Assembly (NCBI GenBank): GCA_963822965.1
Contig: CAWGJT010000009.1
Location: forward strand, 160,001 to 224,000
Direction: 5' to 3'
Source: an uncultured delta proteobacterium
GTDB taxonomy: Bacteria > Myxococcota_A > UBA9160 > UBA4427
DNA: 64,000 nt
Positions 40,348 through 49,607 of this stretch are shown here, piece by piece. A program made the position numbers and the translations under genes. The notes beneath the pieces are model-generated. The model was not told where the DNA came from and searched no databases. It was given only the letters and a program-made list of their open reading frames with translations. How positions within the stretch are numbered: the stretch's first letter is position 1; each line of letters opens with the position of its first letter.

Positions 40348-40376
40348 CCGCGAAGAAAAGAGTTTCCCATTCGCGG
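40348..40376. promoter_or_regulatory. Putative enhancer (UAS) palindrome
   Basis: CCGCGAA-N15-TTCGCGG with an inner GAAA..TTTC, about 90-120 bp upstream of the -24 box. Confidence 0.45.
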
Positions 40377-40399
40377 AAGTTGCTTTCTCCGAGGCCCCC

Positions 40400-41709
40400 G
40401 GATTGTGCCCGGGAGCCCCCACAGCCGGTCTCGCCTGGGCCTGGGCTCCCGCATAGACTGAGCCCATGCCTTCCCATCTCCGATCCCTCCTCGCCACCCG
40501 GAGCGCGGGTCCCCTGCTGGCCCTGGCCCTCGCCCTCGCCCTCGGCGCCACGGCGGGCTGCTCGAAGACCCCGGAGCGATCCGACGCCCTCGCCCGTCAG
40601 GGCGCACCCCCCACGGGAGACGTGGCCCACGCCGTGCTCGAGGCCGTGCGCATTCCCGACTCCCTCGAGCGCGTGGCCGCCCTCGCCAGCCTGCTCAGCA
40701 CCCTCGGCCCCGAGGCCGTTCCCCAGGTCCGCGACGCCTTCGACTACGCCTACCCGATCCTCGGCGACGCCGAGTGGATGCTGCTCGCCGACTGGTGGAC
40801 CCGATTCGACGACCGCGCCGCCTGGAGCTGGGTCCAGCAGCGACGCGAGTACAAGAGCGCCGGCGTGCTGCGATACATCGTCCACGGCATGGCCCGGCGC
40901 GACCCCCACCGCGCCCTCGCCACCCTGCTCACCATCCGGCTCCCCGAGGAGCGCGACGCCGCCTTCGCCGAGATCGTCAAGGGCTGGTACGAGGCCGGCG
41001 GCGACGGACTGCTCGACCATCTGATCGGCATGCAGCCGGGCAGCGAACGGCAGCGCGCCATCGCCCTGCTCGTCGGCCTCAAGCTCCGCCGCGAAGGCAT
41101 CGAGGCCACCCGCGACTGGGCCGAGAGCCTCGACGACGACCTCGCCCAACGCTTCAAGCTCCAGGTCTACCGGCGCGTGGCCAGCGAGCTCGCCTTCGTC
41201 GACCCGGCGGCGGCCCGAGACTGGGCCGAGGCGCACGTCGACGGACCCAACGGATCCGGCCTCTACCGCCGCGTCGCCGTCAGTCTCGCCGAGAGCGATC
41301 CCCGGGCCACCCTCGAATGGCTGCGCGGCCTGCCCGACGGGCCCGAGCGAGACGACGCGGTCAGCGAGGCCTACCGGCGCTGGCTCACGAACGACCGCGA
41401 CGCCGCCATCGCCTGGATGAACGGCGCCGAGACCGAGCCCTGGCGCCAGCCGGCCCTCGAGCTGCGCGCCCTGGCCGAGACCCGCGACGATCCGAAGAAG
41501 GCACTCGAGCTCACCCGTCTGCTCGAATCGCCCGAGCGCCGGCTCTATGCCCAGGTGAAGATCGGCATCGCCTGGCTCACCATGGACCCCACCGCGGCGC
41601 GCGCGTGGCTCGAAGGAGACACGGTCGCCCCCGACGTCAAGCAGAAGATCCTCGACCGACTCGCCAACAGCGCACGACGAGCCCGCAAGGCCGGCTGACA
41701 CGCGCGGGA
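40400..41709 (+). repeat. Direct repeat copy 1 (1310 bp)
   Basis: Matches 57984-59296. By eye it differs by two substitutions and one 3-bp indel, all near the 5' end. Confidence 0.95.
40466..41698 (+). CDS. Trp-rich helical-repeat lipoprotein (W..DP.AA..W type), copy 1
   Basis: Lipobox TAGC, recurring DP.AA..W helices. Confidence 0.8.
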   Translation: MPSHLRSLLATRSAGPLLALALALALGATAGCSKTPERSDALARQGAPPTGDVAHAVLEAVRIPDSLERVAALASLLSTLGPEAVPQVRDAFDYAYPILGDAEWMLLADWWTRFDDRAAWSWVQQRREYKSAGVLRYIVHGMARRDPHRALATLLTIRLPEERDAAFAEIVKGWYEAGGDGLLDHLIGMQPGSERQRAIALLVGLKLRREGIEATRDWAESLDDDLAQRFKLQVYRRVASELAFVDPAAARDWAEAHVDGPNGSGLYRRVAVSLAESDPRATLEWLRGLPDGPERDDAVSEAYRRWLTNDRDAAIAWMNGAETEPWRQPALELRALAETRDDPKKALELTRLLESPERRLYAQVKIGIAWLTMDPTAARAWLEGDTVAPDVKQKILDRLANSARRARKAG

Positions 41710-41711
41710 GC

Positions 41712-42656
41712 TCAGATGAACTGCGAATACCACCTGCGGTAGGTGGCGATGGGTCCGTCGCCGTCGCAGAGAACCGGCCTGTCCCAACACCGCTTGTTCT
41801 CCCAGATGGGCAGGTCGTGCTCGAACTGCTGCTTCAGGTCCTTGATGATCGCATCCGCCAGGTGCGACTTGCGGCTCTCCCCGTCCGTCTTGACCGTGTA
41901 GGCGAAGCGCACGTCGGTGTATTCGTCGTCGATCGGCGTGGCCGTGTTGACCATCAGCGTGGGGATGAGCCCGTTGATGTGCACGGTCTGGAGGCCCGGC
42001 CCGTAGTCCCGGGTCACCAGGCTCGCGTCCACGGGCCCACCGGGCGCCTCCATCTTGAAGGCCGAGGTGGCGACGTGGATGTGTCCCTGGATCTCCGCCT
42101 CGGTGAATGGGATGGCGTCGGTGCCGTGGATGTAGCGGAAGTGCGCGCCGTCCACGCAGTTCTCGTTCATGTCGAGCCAGTTGCCGCGCACCACCCACTG
42201 CTTGACGTCCACGGGAAGCCAGTCGGCGTCGGCCAGCTCGGGAAGCTCGGGAACTTCGAAGTCCGGCGCGCCTCCCGCGGCATCGTGGTAGATCATCACC
42301 ATCCCGTTGCGCTCGGCCACCGGCCAGCAGTGGAGCTTCGCCTTCGGCGGGATGCGCTTGGCATACGGAACCTTCGTGCACACGCCGTCGGCGCCGAACT
42401 CCCAGTGGTGGAAGGGGCAACGAATGGATTCGCCGGCCACCTTGCCGCCGCAGCCCAGATGGGCGCCCAGATGCGGGCAGTGGGGATCGGTGATGGCGGC
42501 CTCGCCCGATTCGGTTCGGAAGGCGACCAGCTCTCGGCCCAGGATCTTCAGCACCTTCACCTCGCCCGGATCCAGCTCGGACGAGAAGACCGCCCGGAAC
42601 CAGCCGCGCGGATAGGGCGTGAAGGAGTACCGATTGTCGCGCCAGCTCTCGCTCAC
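41712..42656 (-). CDS. Rieske non-heme iron oxygenase, KshA/Neverland-like
   Basis: YPRGWF, CPHLGAHL...CPFHHW, ENCVDGAHFRYIH, D..IWENK...P.LCDGDGPI..YRRWYSQF. Confidence 0.9.
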   Translation of the reverse strand: MSESWRDNRYSFTPYPRGWFRAVFSSELDPGEVKVLKILGRELVAFRTESGEAAITDPHCPHLGAHLGCGGKVAGESIRCPFHHWEFGADGVCTKVPYAKRIPPKAKLHCWPVAERNGMVMIYHDAAGGAPDFEVPELPELADADWLPVDVKQWVVRGNWLDMNENCVDGAHFRYIHGTDAIPFTEAEIQGHIHVATSAFKMEAPGGPVDASLVTRDYGPGLQTVHINGLIPTLMVNTATPIDDEYTDVRFAYTVKTDGESRKSHLADAIIKDLKQQFEHDLPIWENKRCWDRPVLCDGDGPIATYRRWYSQFI

Positions 42657-42772
42657 GAGATCACCTCCCGGCACGGCCGAGCACCCTGGGGCGCAGCCAG
42701 ACACCGGAGAGAATAGAGCACCTCCCGGACGGCTCCAGCGCCGCGGCGACCCGGATCTCACCAGCTCGTCGC

Positions 42773-43789
42773 TCACCTGCCGTAGTCCGAGCTCTCAGCC
42801 AGCTCGGCGGCGGCCTGCATGAGGTCGAGGACCACCGGGCCGAAGGCCTGGAGCTTCTCGTCGTCGCCGGCGCGTTGGAAGCCCTGCTCGAGCACCACCG
42901 CGAGCTTCCACTTGGCGAGGATGATGTAGTAATCGATGTCATCCACCTGGCGGCCGGACACCTTCGAGTAGTGCGCGAGGATCTCCCATCGGGACGGCAT
43001 GCCGTGCATGTCGACGTAGCTGAAACCGTCCTCCCCCTCGCCGGCGTGTTCGGGCCACGAGTGCGCGACCCAGCCCAGGTCGAGCTTCGGGTCACCCACC
43101 GTGCCCATCTCCCAGTCGACGATGGCCGCCAACCGGGCGGGGGCTCCATGGTGGTACATGACGTTGGCGAACTGGTAGTCGCCGTGCATCAGGCCGGGGA
43201 TGTAGTCGATCGGCCGGTGCGCCCGAAGCCACGCGGCGGCGACGTCGAAGCCCGGGAGCTCGCGCCGCTGGATCCGCTGGAGGAACGCCGTCCAGCGGTC
43301 CACCTGACGCTCGTGGAATCCTTCGGGCCGGCCGAGGTCGTGCAGCCCCTTGGCCCGCCAGTCGACCTTCGACAGCAACGCGATCCCCTCGACCAGCTCG
43401 AAGGCGAGTCCTCGCCGGGCGTCGAGGTCGCCGTCGAAGGGCGCCGGCCAGCCGTCGGTGTTCATCGGGGACCAACCGTCGACGAAGCCCATGAGGTAGA
43501 AGGGTCGGCCGAGCACGCCGTCGTCTTCGCACGCGGCGATGGCGGGCGTGTGCGGCACGTCCGTCCCCTCGAGCGCCAGGGTGATGCGCCACTCGCGGAG
43601 GATGCCGGCGTCGCGCGCGGCCGGCGCGCCCTCCGGCGGGATGCGAAGCGCGGCGTGAAGCCCGCCACGACGGATCTCGTAGATCTCGTTCTGGGTGCCA
43701 CCGGAAATGAAGCGGTGCTCCAGAGGCTCGCCGCCGCCGGGCAGGCCACGGGCGTCCATCCAGGCGACGAGGCGTTCGACGTCGATCAC
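42773..43789 (-). CDS. APH-family phosphotransferase (LvaA/ACAD10-kinase-like)
   Basis: GGTQN, LGRPFYLM, HGDYQFANV, DWEMGTVGDP..DLG. GTGA overlap with the upstream ACAD. Confidence 0.88.
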   Translation of the reverse strand: MIDVERLVAWMDARGLPGGGEPLEHRFISGGTQNEIYEIRRGGLHAALRIPPEGAPAARDAGILREWRITLALEGTDVPHTPAIAACEDDGVLGRPFYLMGFVDGWSPMNTDGWPAPFDGDLDARRGLAFELVEGIALLSKVDWRAKGLHDLGRPEGFHERQVDRWTAFLQRIQRRELPGFDVAAAWLRAHRPIDYIPGLMHGDYQFANVMYHHGAPARLAAIVDWEMGTVGDPKLDLGWVAHSWPEHAGEGEDGFSYVDMHGMPSRWEILAHYSKVSGRQVDDIDYYIILAKWKLAVVLEQGFQRAGDDEKLQAFGPVVLDLMQAAAELAESSDYGR

Positions 43790-45087
43790 AGGTTCCCGAC
43801 TTCGTGTTCGAGGTACTCGGCGAACTTCGCTCGCGCGGCAGCCAATCGCCTGGGTAGGTGCTCCGTGGGCCAGAGGTCGTCGCTCGGCTCGTAGCCGCGC
43901 AGGACCTGGCGGGCGACGGTGATCTTGTGAACCTCCGTCGGGCCGTCCGCGAGCCCCATGATGCTGGCACCGAGGAGCATCCCGTGGAGCGGCATCTCGT
44001 TGCTCACGCCCAGGGCACCGTGCACCTGGATCGCCCGCCACGCAATGTCGTGCAGGACGCCGGGCATGATCACCTTCACCGCGGCGATGTCCTTGCGCAC
44101 CTTGCGGTAGTCGTCGTGCTTGTCGATCGACCACGCGGTGTACAGCACGAAGAGCCGGAACTGCATCAGCTGGGCGTAGGAGTCGGCGATGTAGCCCTGC
44201 ACGAACTGCTTGTCGGCGAGGCGCTCGCCCTGGGTCTGCCGACTCAGAGCACGCTCGCACATCATGTCGAGGGCCTTCTTCGCCATGCCGATGGTCCGCA
44301 TGGCGTGGTGGATCCGTCCGCCGCCGAGCCGGGTCTGCGCGATGGCGAAGGCCTGTCCCTCACCGCCGAGGAGCGCTGCGGCCGGAACCCGAACGTCTTC
44401 GTAGTGGATGAGGGCGTGCGAGCCCTCTCCCAGGGGCTCGCCGCCCAGCCCGACGTTCCGCACGATGTGAATGCCCGGCGTGTCGGTCGGCACCAGGAAC
44501 ATCGACATCCCCTCGTAGGCGCTCGCGTCGGGGTCGGTGACTGCCATGACGATCAGGAAGGACGCCGTGGGCGCGTTCGAGGAGAAGTACTTCCATCCGT
44601 TGATGACCCACTCGTCGCCCTCCCGGGTGGCGCGAGTCTTGAACATCGTCGGGTCCGAGCCGCCGTGCGGCTCCGTCATCGAGTAGCAGGAGAACATCTC
44701 CCCATCGAGCAACGGACGCAGGTAGCGCTGCTTCTGCTCCGGCGTCCCGTAGTGGGCGATGATCTCGGCGTTGCCCGTGTCGGGCGCCTGGCAGCCGAAG
44801 ATGATGGGAGCCCAGGACGAGCGCCCGAGGATCTCGTTGAGCAGCGACAGCTTCAGCTGGCCGTGGCCCTCACCCCCGAGCTCGGGCACGAGATGTGTGG
44901 CCCACAGCTTCTGGCGGCGCACCTCCTCCTTGAGCGGATCGATGATCTCACGCAGCCGATCGTCGGGCGGAGTGAACTCCAGCCCGCCCCAGAGCATCTC
45001 GAGCGGCTCGACCTCCTGCCGCACGAACTCGTCGGCCCAGTCGAGCTTCGCCTGGTACTCGGGCTCGGTCTCGAAATCCCACGCCAT
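43786..45087 (-). CDS. Acyl-CoA dehydrogenase (ACAD10/11-, LvaC-like)
   Basis: FGCQAPDTGNAE, SMTEP..GSDP, AQTRLGGGRIHHAMRTIG, AIQVHGALGVS, LADGPTEVH. Confidence 0.92.
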   Translation of the reverse strand: MAWDFETEPEYQAKLDWADEFVRQEVEPLEMLWGGLEFTPPDDRLREIIDPLKEEVRRQKLWATHLVPELGGEGHGQLKLSLLNEILGRSSWAPIIFGCQAPDTGNAEIIAHYGTPEQKQRYLRPLLDGEMFSCYSMTEPHGGSDPTMFKTRATREGDEWVINGWKYFSSNAPTASFLIVMAVTDPDASAYEGMSMFLVPTDTPGIHIVRNVGLGGEPLGEGSHALIHYEDVRVPAAALLGGEGQAFAIAQTRLGGGRIHHAMRTIGMAKKALDMMCERALSRQTQGERLADKQFVQGYIADSYAQLMQFRLFVLYTAWSIDKHDDYRKVRKDIAAVKVIMPGVLHDIAWRAIQVHGALGVSNEMPLHGMLLGASIMGLADGPTEVHKITVARQVLRGYEPSDDLWPTEHLPRRLAAARAKFAEYLEHEVGNL

Positions 45088-45246
45088 GTGTGGCACCTCC
45101 CGGGAGTCGGAATATAGGCGATGAAGAATCCAGCTCCGGACGAACGGAACGAGGCGCGCCGTCCTGTGGAACGCCGGTGGCCTCGGTGACGCCCTGGTGT
45201 CGGGGCACCCGGCGACGGTCCTGGCGCGACCCTTCGCCGAGCTCCG

Positions 45247-45300
45247 ATGAAGACACCGGAGCAGCTCTTCGACCTCACCGGCAAGGTCGCCGGACCCCTC
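45247..45300 (+). pseudogene. 5' stub of an SDR gene
   Basis: MKTPEQLFDLTGKVA then similarity is lost before the TGxxxGxG motif. Compare QQLFDLDGRTA of the SDR at 54140. Confidence 0.5.
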
Positions 45301-45333
45301 TCCAGACCTTCCACCTCGAGGCGCGAGCTCCCC

Positions 45334-46260
45334 CTACCCGCGCAGCGGCTGGATCACCGTCGCACCGAACTGCTCCAGCGCCTCGACGGCCCGGTCGATT
45401 CCGTCCCCGGGGACGGCCGTTCCACACCAGGTCACGCCGAGCTCGGCGAGCTCGCGCAGCCCCTCCTGGCAGGCGTCGGGGTGGAAGTCATCGCTGCCGG
45501 GCGCGCCTCCCCGATCGTGCGGGTAGTGGATGTCGATCTCCGTCCGGTCTCGTCCCGCCTCTTCGAGGAGCGCCCACAGCTCGTCGAGGTAGCGCGCGAG
45601 GTCTTCGCGACTCTCGAGAGCCGGCGTCTTCGTCGTGCGGGACAATGCCGCCGGCGCAGGGAAGGGCATCCAGCCCTGGGCGTAGCGGGCGACCCGCCGC
45701 CGCGCGAGCCGGCTGTTGCCCCCGATCCAGATCGGCGGGTGGGGCTTCTGCACGGGCTTGGGGTTTGCGGTCTGGCCCTGGGCGAAGAAGTGACGCCCCT
45801 CGTAGCGGAAGTCGTCCGTCGACCAGATGCCCTGGAGGGCCTCGATCGCCTCGTCGAAGAGCTCGTTTCGCTCGCCGAAGTCGACGCCGAGGGCCGAGTA
45901 CTCGGATCGCAGGTAGCCCGCCGCGGCGCCGAGAAGGAAGCGGCCCCCCGACAGCACGTCCACCGTGGCGATGGCCTTCGCGAGCACGAAGGGGTTGCGG
46001 TAGGGGAGCACGATGATGTTCGGCATCAGCCGGATGCGATCGGTGACGGCCGCGCAGAAAGCGAGCGCGGCAAAGGGGTCGAGGGCGTCGTGCCCGCCTC
46101 CTTCGAGCCACTTCTGGGAGGGCGCCGGGTGGTCGGTGAAGCCGAGAGCGTCGAATCCCGCCGCTTCGGCGGCTCGGGCAAAGCGGACCAGACTCGCCTT
46201 CTCGAGGAAGTCGGGATGGCAGGGATGGGCGATCAGCGGATAGGTGACCGAGAACTTCAT
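45334..46260 (-). CDS. LLM-class F420-dependent oxidoreductase
   Basis: AEAAGFD....DH, DPFAALAF, LPYRNPF.LAK..ATVD.LSGGR, P.Q.PHPPIWIGGNS. Confidence 0.9.
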   Translation of the reverse strand: MKFSVTYPLIAHPCHPDFLEKASLVRFARAAEAAGFDALGFTDHPAPSQKWLEGGGHDALDPFAALAFCAAVTDRIRLMPNIIVLPYRNPFVLAKAIATVDVLSGGRFLLGAAAGYLRSEYSALGVDFGERNELFDEAIEALQGIWSTDDFRYEGRHFFAQGQTANPKPVQKPHPPIWIGGNSRLARRRVARYAQGWMPFPAPAALSRTTKTPALESREDLARYLDELWALLEEAGRDRTEIDIHYPHDRGGAPGSDDFHPDACQEGLRELAELGVTWCGTAVPGDGIDRAVEALEQFGATVIQPLRG

Positions 46261-46432
46261 GGGGCTACGGCGCCTCCGTGCCGGTGCGATCTCGTCGCTG
46301 GCACCCTTCGGGCGGCGTCCAGTCGACGCGGAGAGAAGGCAAGAGCAATTCGGCGACTCGTTCCGGCTCGCGATGCTCCGGTGGCCTTCGGCTGTAGCAG
46401 ACGCCTTCGCCGAGACGTTGGAGAACCGACTC

Positions 46433-46867
46433 TCACGCTCGCACCCAGCGCGGCAGGTGCACGTCTTCGACCCTGGCGAACACCACGCGGACGGGCTCGC
46501 CGATCTCGATCGCGTGCGCGTCGATCTCGTTGATCGGTCCGTCCGCCGACTCGACCAGGTTTCCGACCAGGCGTAGCGACGGACTCTCGTCGAGCTCGAC
46601 GGCGAGCACGTTGTACGGTGCAAGCGCCGCGTAGGACGGCAGGAGCGGCGGATGCACCACCACGAACGACCAGACGCGCCCTCTGCCCGAGAGCGGTACC
46701 CAGGTGCTCGAGAGCGACTGGCACTCCGGGCACATGGGTCGCGGTGGAATGCGCATGTGGCCGCAGGCCGAGCACTTCTGGACCAGCAGCTCGCCGCGCG
46801 CGGTCCCCTCCCAGAAGGGCCTGGCATCCTCGTCTTCGGTGTCGGGGAGGATCCAGCTCTGTTCCAT
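46433..46867 (-). CDS. DUF35 Zn-ribbon/OB-fold protein (ChsH2-C-like)
   Basis: PFWEG, CSAC...CPEC, G.GRVWSF, VELDE. Confidence 0.9.
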   Translation of the reverse strand: MEQSWILPDTEDEDARPFWEGTARGELLVQKCSACGHMRIPPRPMCPECQSLSSTWVPLSGRGRVWSFVVVHPPLLPSYAALAPYNVLAVELDESPSLRLVGNLVESADGPINEIDAHAIEIGEPVRVVFARVEDVHLPRWVRA

Positions 46868-46869
46868 CT

Positions 46870-48027
46870 CTACCTCCGGAGCAGCAGGGCGCTGGTCGGG
46901 ACGCCCTCACCGCTGGTCACCAGGCAGCTCGCCGCGTCCTTCACCTGCGACGTCGAGGTCCCGCGCATCTGGCGTACGCCCTCCAGCACCAGGTTGAAGC
47001 CGTGCACGTACGCCTCGGACAGGCCGCCGCCCGACGTGTTGGTCGGCAGCCGCCCGTCGGGCCACTCGAGCGCCCCTCCCTCGGTGAACGCCGCACCCTC
47101 GCCGCGCTTGCAGAACCCGTAGCCCTCCAGCGAGAGCGGGATCAACGGGCTGAAGGCGTCGTAGATCTGTGCCACGGCGATGTCGGCGGGCTCGAGGTCG
47201 CTGTTGGCCCACAGCCGTCGCGCCGCCGCCCAGGCCGGGCCCCGGAGCGGCTCGTCGCAGAAGTAGTTCGTCATCGTCTGGTGCTGGCGGCTCAGTCCCT
47301 GCGCGAACGCGTGGATGTAGACCGGGTCGCGGCGCAGGTCGCGCGCTCGCTCGGCCCCGACGATGACGCAGGCCAGTGCTCCGTCGGTCTCCAGACAATT
47401 GTCGAACAGGCACAGCGGCTCGGAGATCCAGCGCGCCGCCATGTACTCCTCGCGCGTCAGCTTGCGCTCGTGCATGGTCGCGTTGGGGTTGCGGTTGGCA
47501 TGCTTGCGGAAAGCGAGCGCGACGTTCGCCAGGTGATCGCGCGTGGCTCCGTACTCGTGCATGTAGCGGCGCGCGAGCAGGGCGATCTCGTCGACCGGGC
47601 GCAGCAGGCCGAACGGTCGGGTCCACTGGTATGGCCCACCCATGCGCTGCGCGGCCTGCGCCCAGGGCCGACTGCCCTTGGCGGCGCGCTTGCGCGCGCG
47701 CCACACCACGGCGACCCGACACTGGCCGGTCGCAACCGCCATGGCCGCGTGGCCCACGGCGCCGCAGCCCGCACCGCCGCCGTAGCCGACCTCGCCGAAG
47801 TAGGTGATGTCTCCGAGGCCCACGCTGCGTGCGACGTCGACCTCGCGGCCGCTCTCCATCGAGAAGATCGTCAGGCCGTCGACCTCGGAGGGCCGCACAC
47901 CCGCGTCGTCGATCGCCGCCGCGATCGCCTGACAGGCGAGGGATAGCTCGCTGTCCTCGATGCCCTTTGCGAACCGGGTCTGGCCGATTCCCACGATCGC
48001 CGTCTTGTCCTTGATCAGATCCGTCAT
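46870..48027 (-). CDS. Thiolase-fold lipid-transfer protein (Ltp2-like aldolase)
   Basis: AIVGIGQT, YGGGAGC, DNCLETDG, IYDAFSP, NTSGGGLSEAYVHG, EGVRQMRG. Confidence 0.9.
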   Translation of the reverse strand: MTDLIKDKTAIVGIGQTRFAKGIEDSELSLACQAIAAAIDDAGVRPSEVDGLTIFSMESGREVDVARSVGLGDITYFGEVGYGGGAGCGAVGHAAMAVATGQCRVAVVWRARKRAAKGSRPWAQAAQRMGGPYQWTRPFGLLRPVDEIALLARRYMHEYGATRDHLANVALAFRKHANRNPNATMHERKLTREEYMAARWISEPLCLFDNCLETDGALACVIVGAERARDLRRDPVYIHAFAQGLSRQHQTMTNYFCDEPLRGPAWAAARRLWANSDLEPADIAVAQIYDAFSPLIPLSLEGYGFCKRGEGAAFTEGGALEWPDGRLPTNTSGGGLSEAYVHGFNLVLEGVRQMRGTSTSQVKDAASCLVTSGEGVPTSALLLRR

Positions 48028-48294
48028 GGCGCGCCCCCACGAAGGCAGTGCGAAGGCGATTCTGACCGCGACCGACGCGGGTAGCAAACGCCCTTCGCGC
48101 CGTTCGATCTGCGGGGCGGAGAGGAAGCTGGTCTCGACGGAACGAGCCGGGGGACGAGTGCCGGCCCCGACAGACCTGGTATCCTCGGGGGTCGACGGTC
48201 AGCTCCTGATCGGCGCAACCCGTGCTCTCGAAGACCGAAGACCAAAGACCAAGAGGAACGCTCTCGCAGAACGAGAGGAAGGAAAGGGCACCCA

Positions 48295-49431
48295 ATGGAA
48301 CGCTCCTCCATCGACTACCGGCTCATCGACTGCGACCAGCACGTGATCGAGCCCCCCGACTTGTGGGACCGCTACCTGCGCAAGGAGTATCGGAGCAAGG
48401 CACCGAAGCTGGTGAAGGACGAAGATGACGGCGACGCCTGGAACCTCGGCGGGGCCATCGAGTCACTCGGCCTGGTGGCGGCAATGAACCAGACGCCGCG
48501 CACGCTGAAGTGGACCGGCGTGCGCTACGAGGACATGCATCCCGGCATCATCGACTGGAAGGGCCGGCTCGAGCTCATGGACCAGGACGGCGTCGACGCC
48601 GCGGTCTTCTTCCCGCCTCAGCGCACGATGATCTACTTCATCCAGAAGAAGCTCGACGACCCGGGCTTCTCGCTCGCCGGAATGCAGGCCTACAACGACT
48701 TCATCAGCGAGTGGTGCGGCCACCGCCCCGAGCGCCTCGGCGCGATCTGGCAGATGCCGGCCACCGGCGTCGACGAAGCGGTGGCGGAGCTCGAGCGCGC
48801 CAAGGCCGGCGGTGCAGTGGGCGTCGGCCTCGGCACCTGGCCCAGCGGCGAGGCCCTCCTCTCCCGGGACGACGACAAGTTCTGGGCAAAGGCGGAAGAG
48901 CTCTCGATGCCCATCCACGTGCACATCGGACTCACCCCGCCCACGCACCAGACCAAGCGTGTGGCCGCCAAGAAGGGCGGTGCTCCGCAGCTCGTGATGT
49001 TCGCCACCACGATGAGCCGCATGCCCACGCTCTTCGCCGAGCTCATCTTCAACGAGGTGTTCGAGCGCTTTCCCGGCCTCGTCGTCGTGGGCGGTGAAGT
49101 CGGTTCGGGCTGGGTCCCGTTCTTCAAGCAGGAGATCGACGACCGGTACCGGCGCAATCGCTTCTGGTGCGAGGTCAACCTCTCGATGCTTCCCAGCGAG
49201 TACTACGAGCGCAACTGCAAGGTCGGCGTGGTGAACGACCAGTTCGGCGTGCAGAACTGCGACGCGGTCGGCGTCCAGACGATGATGTGGTGCAGCGACT
49301 TCCCGCACCACATCACGGACTGGCCCCACTCGCGGTATCTGATCAACTCGATGGCGCAGGGCATCGACGCAGGCAAGAGGCGGAAGATCTTCTGCGAGAA
49401 CGCGGGAAGACTGTACGGCTTCATCCGATGA
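48295..49431 (+). CDS. Amidohydrolase-2 family protein
   Basis: IDCDQHVIEPPDLW, AYND, VHIG, WCSDFPH, ENAGRLY. Confidence 0.9.
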   Translation: MERSSIDYRLIDCDQHVIEPPDLWDRYLRKEYRSKAPKLVKDEDDGDAWNLGGAIESLGLVAAMNQTPRTLKWTGVRYEDMHPGIIDWKGRLELMDQDGVDAAVFFPPQRTMIYFIQKKLDDPGFSLAGMQAYNDFISEWCGHRPERLGAIWQMPATGVDEAVAELERAKAGGAVGVGLGTWPSGEALLSRDDDKFWAKAEELSMPIHVHIGLTPPTHQTKRVAAKKGGAPQLVMFATTMSRMPTLFAELIFNEVFERFPGLVVVGGEVGSGWVPFFKQEIDDRYRRNRFWCEVNLSMLPSEYYERNCKVGVVNDQFGVQNCDAVGVQTMMWCSDFPHHITDWPHSRYLINSMAQGIDAGKRRKIFCENAGRLYGFIR

Positions 49432-49607
49432 GCACGAGAATCGGGAAGCCCGCGACGAAGCAACGGGGTTCGCGGCTCGCTGCATAGCGCTGCGAGGCCC
49501 CTGGGCCACCCTGCTCGAAAGCGCGCCCCTTCGCCGGGCCGGGCGGGTTCGTGGACCGCGGCCGCTCCCCGGCCGGACCGCCCGCGCTTCCGGGCGATCC
49601 GCGATCG

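Noticed and set aside
40400..41709. Duplicated segment as an IS forming a composite transposon
   Set aside because: It encodes a lipoprotein with no DDE/HUH/serine or tyrosine recombinase motifs, and no terminal inverted repeats or target-site duplication were seen.
48028..48294. Structured ncRNA or tRNA in the divergent spacer, with short GAAGACC/AAAGACC iterations
   Set aside because: No cloverleaf or recognisable riboswitch. The iterations are short and degenerate.
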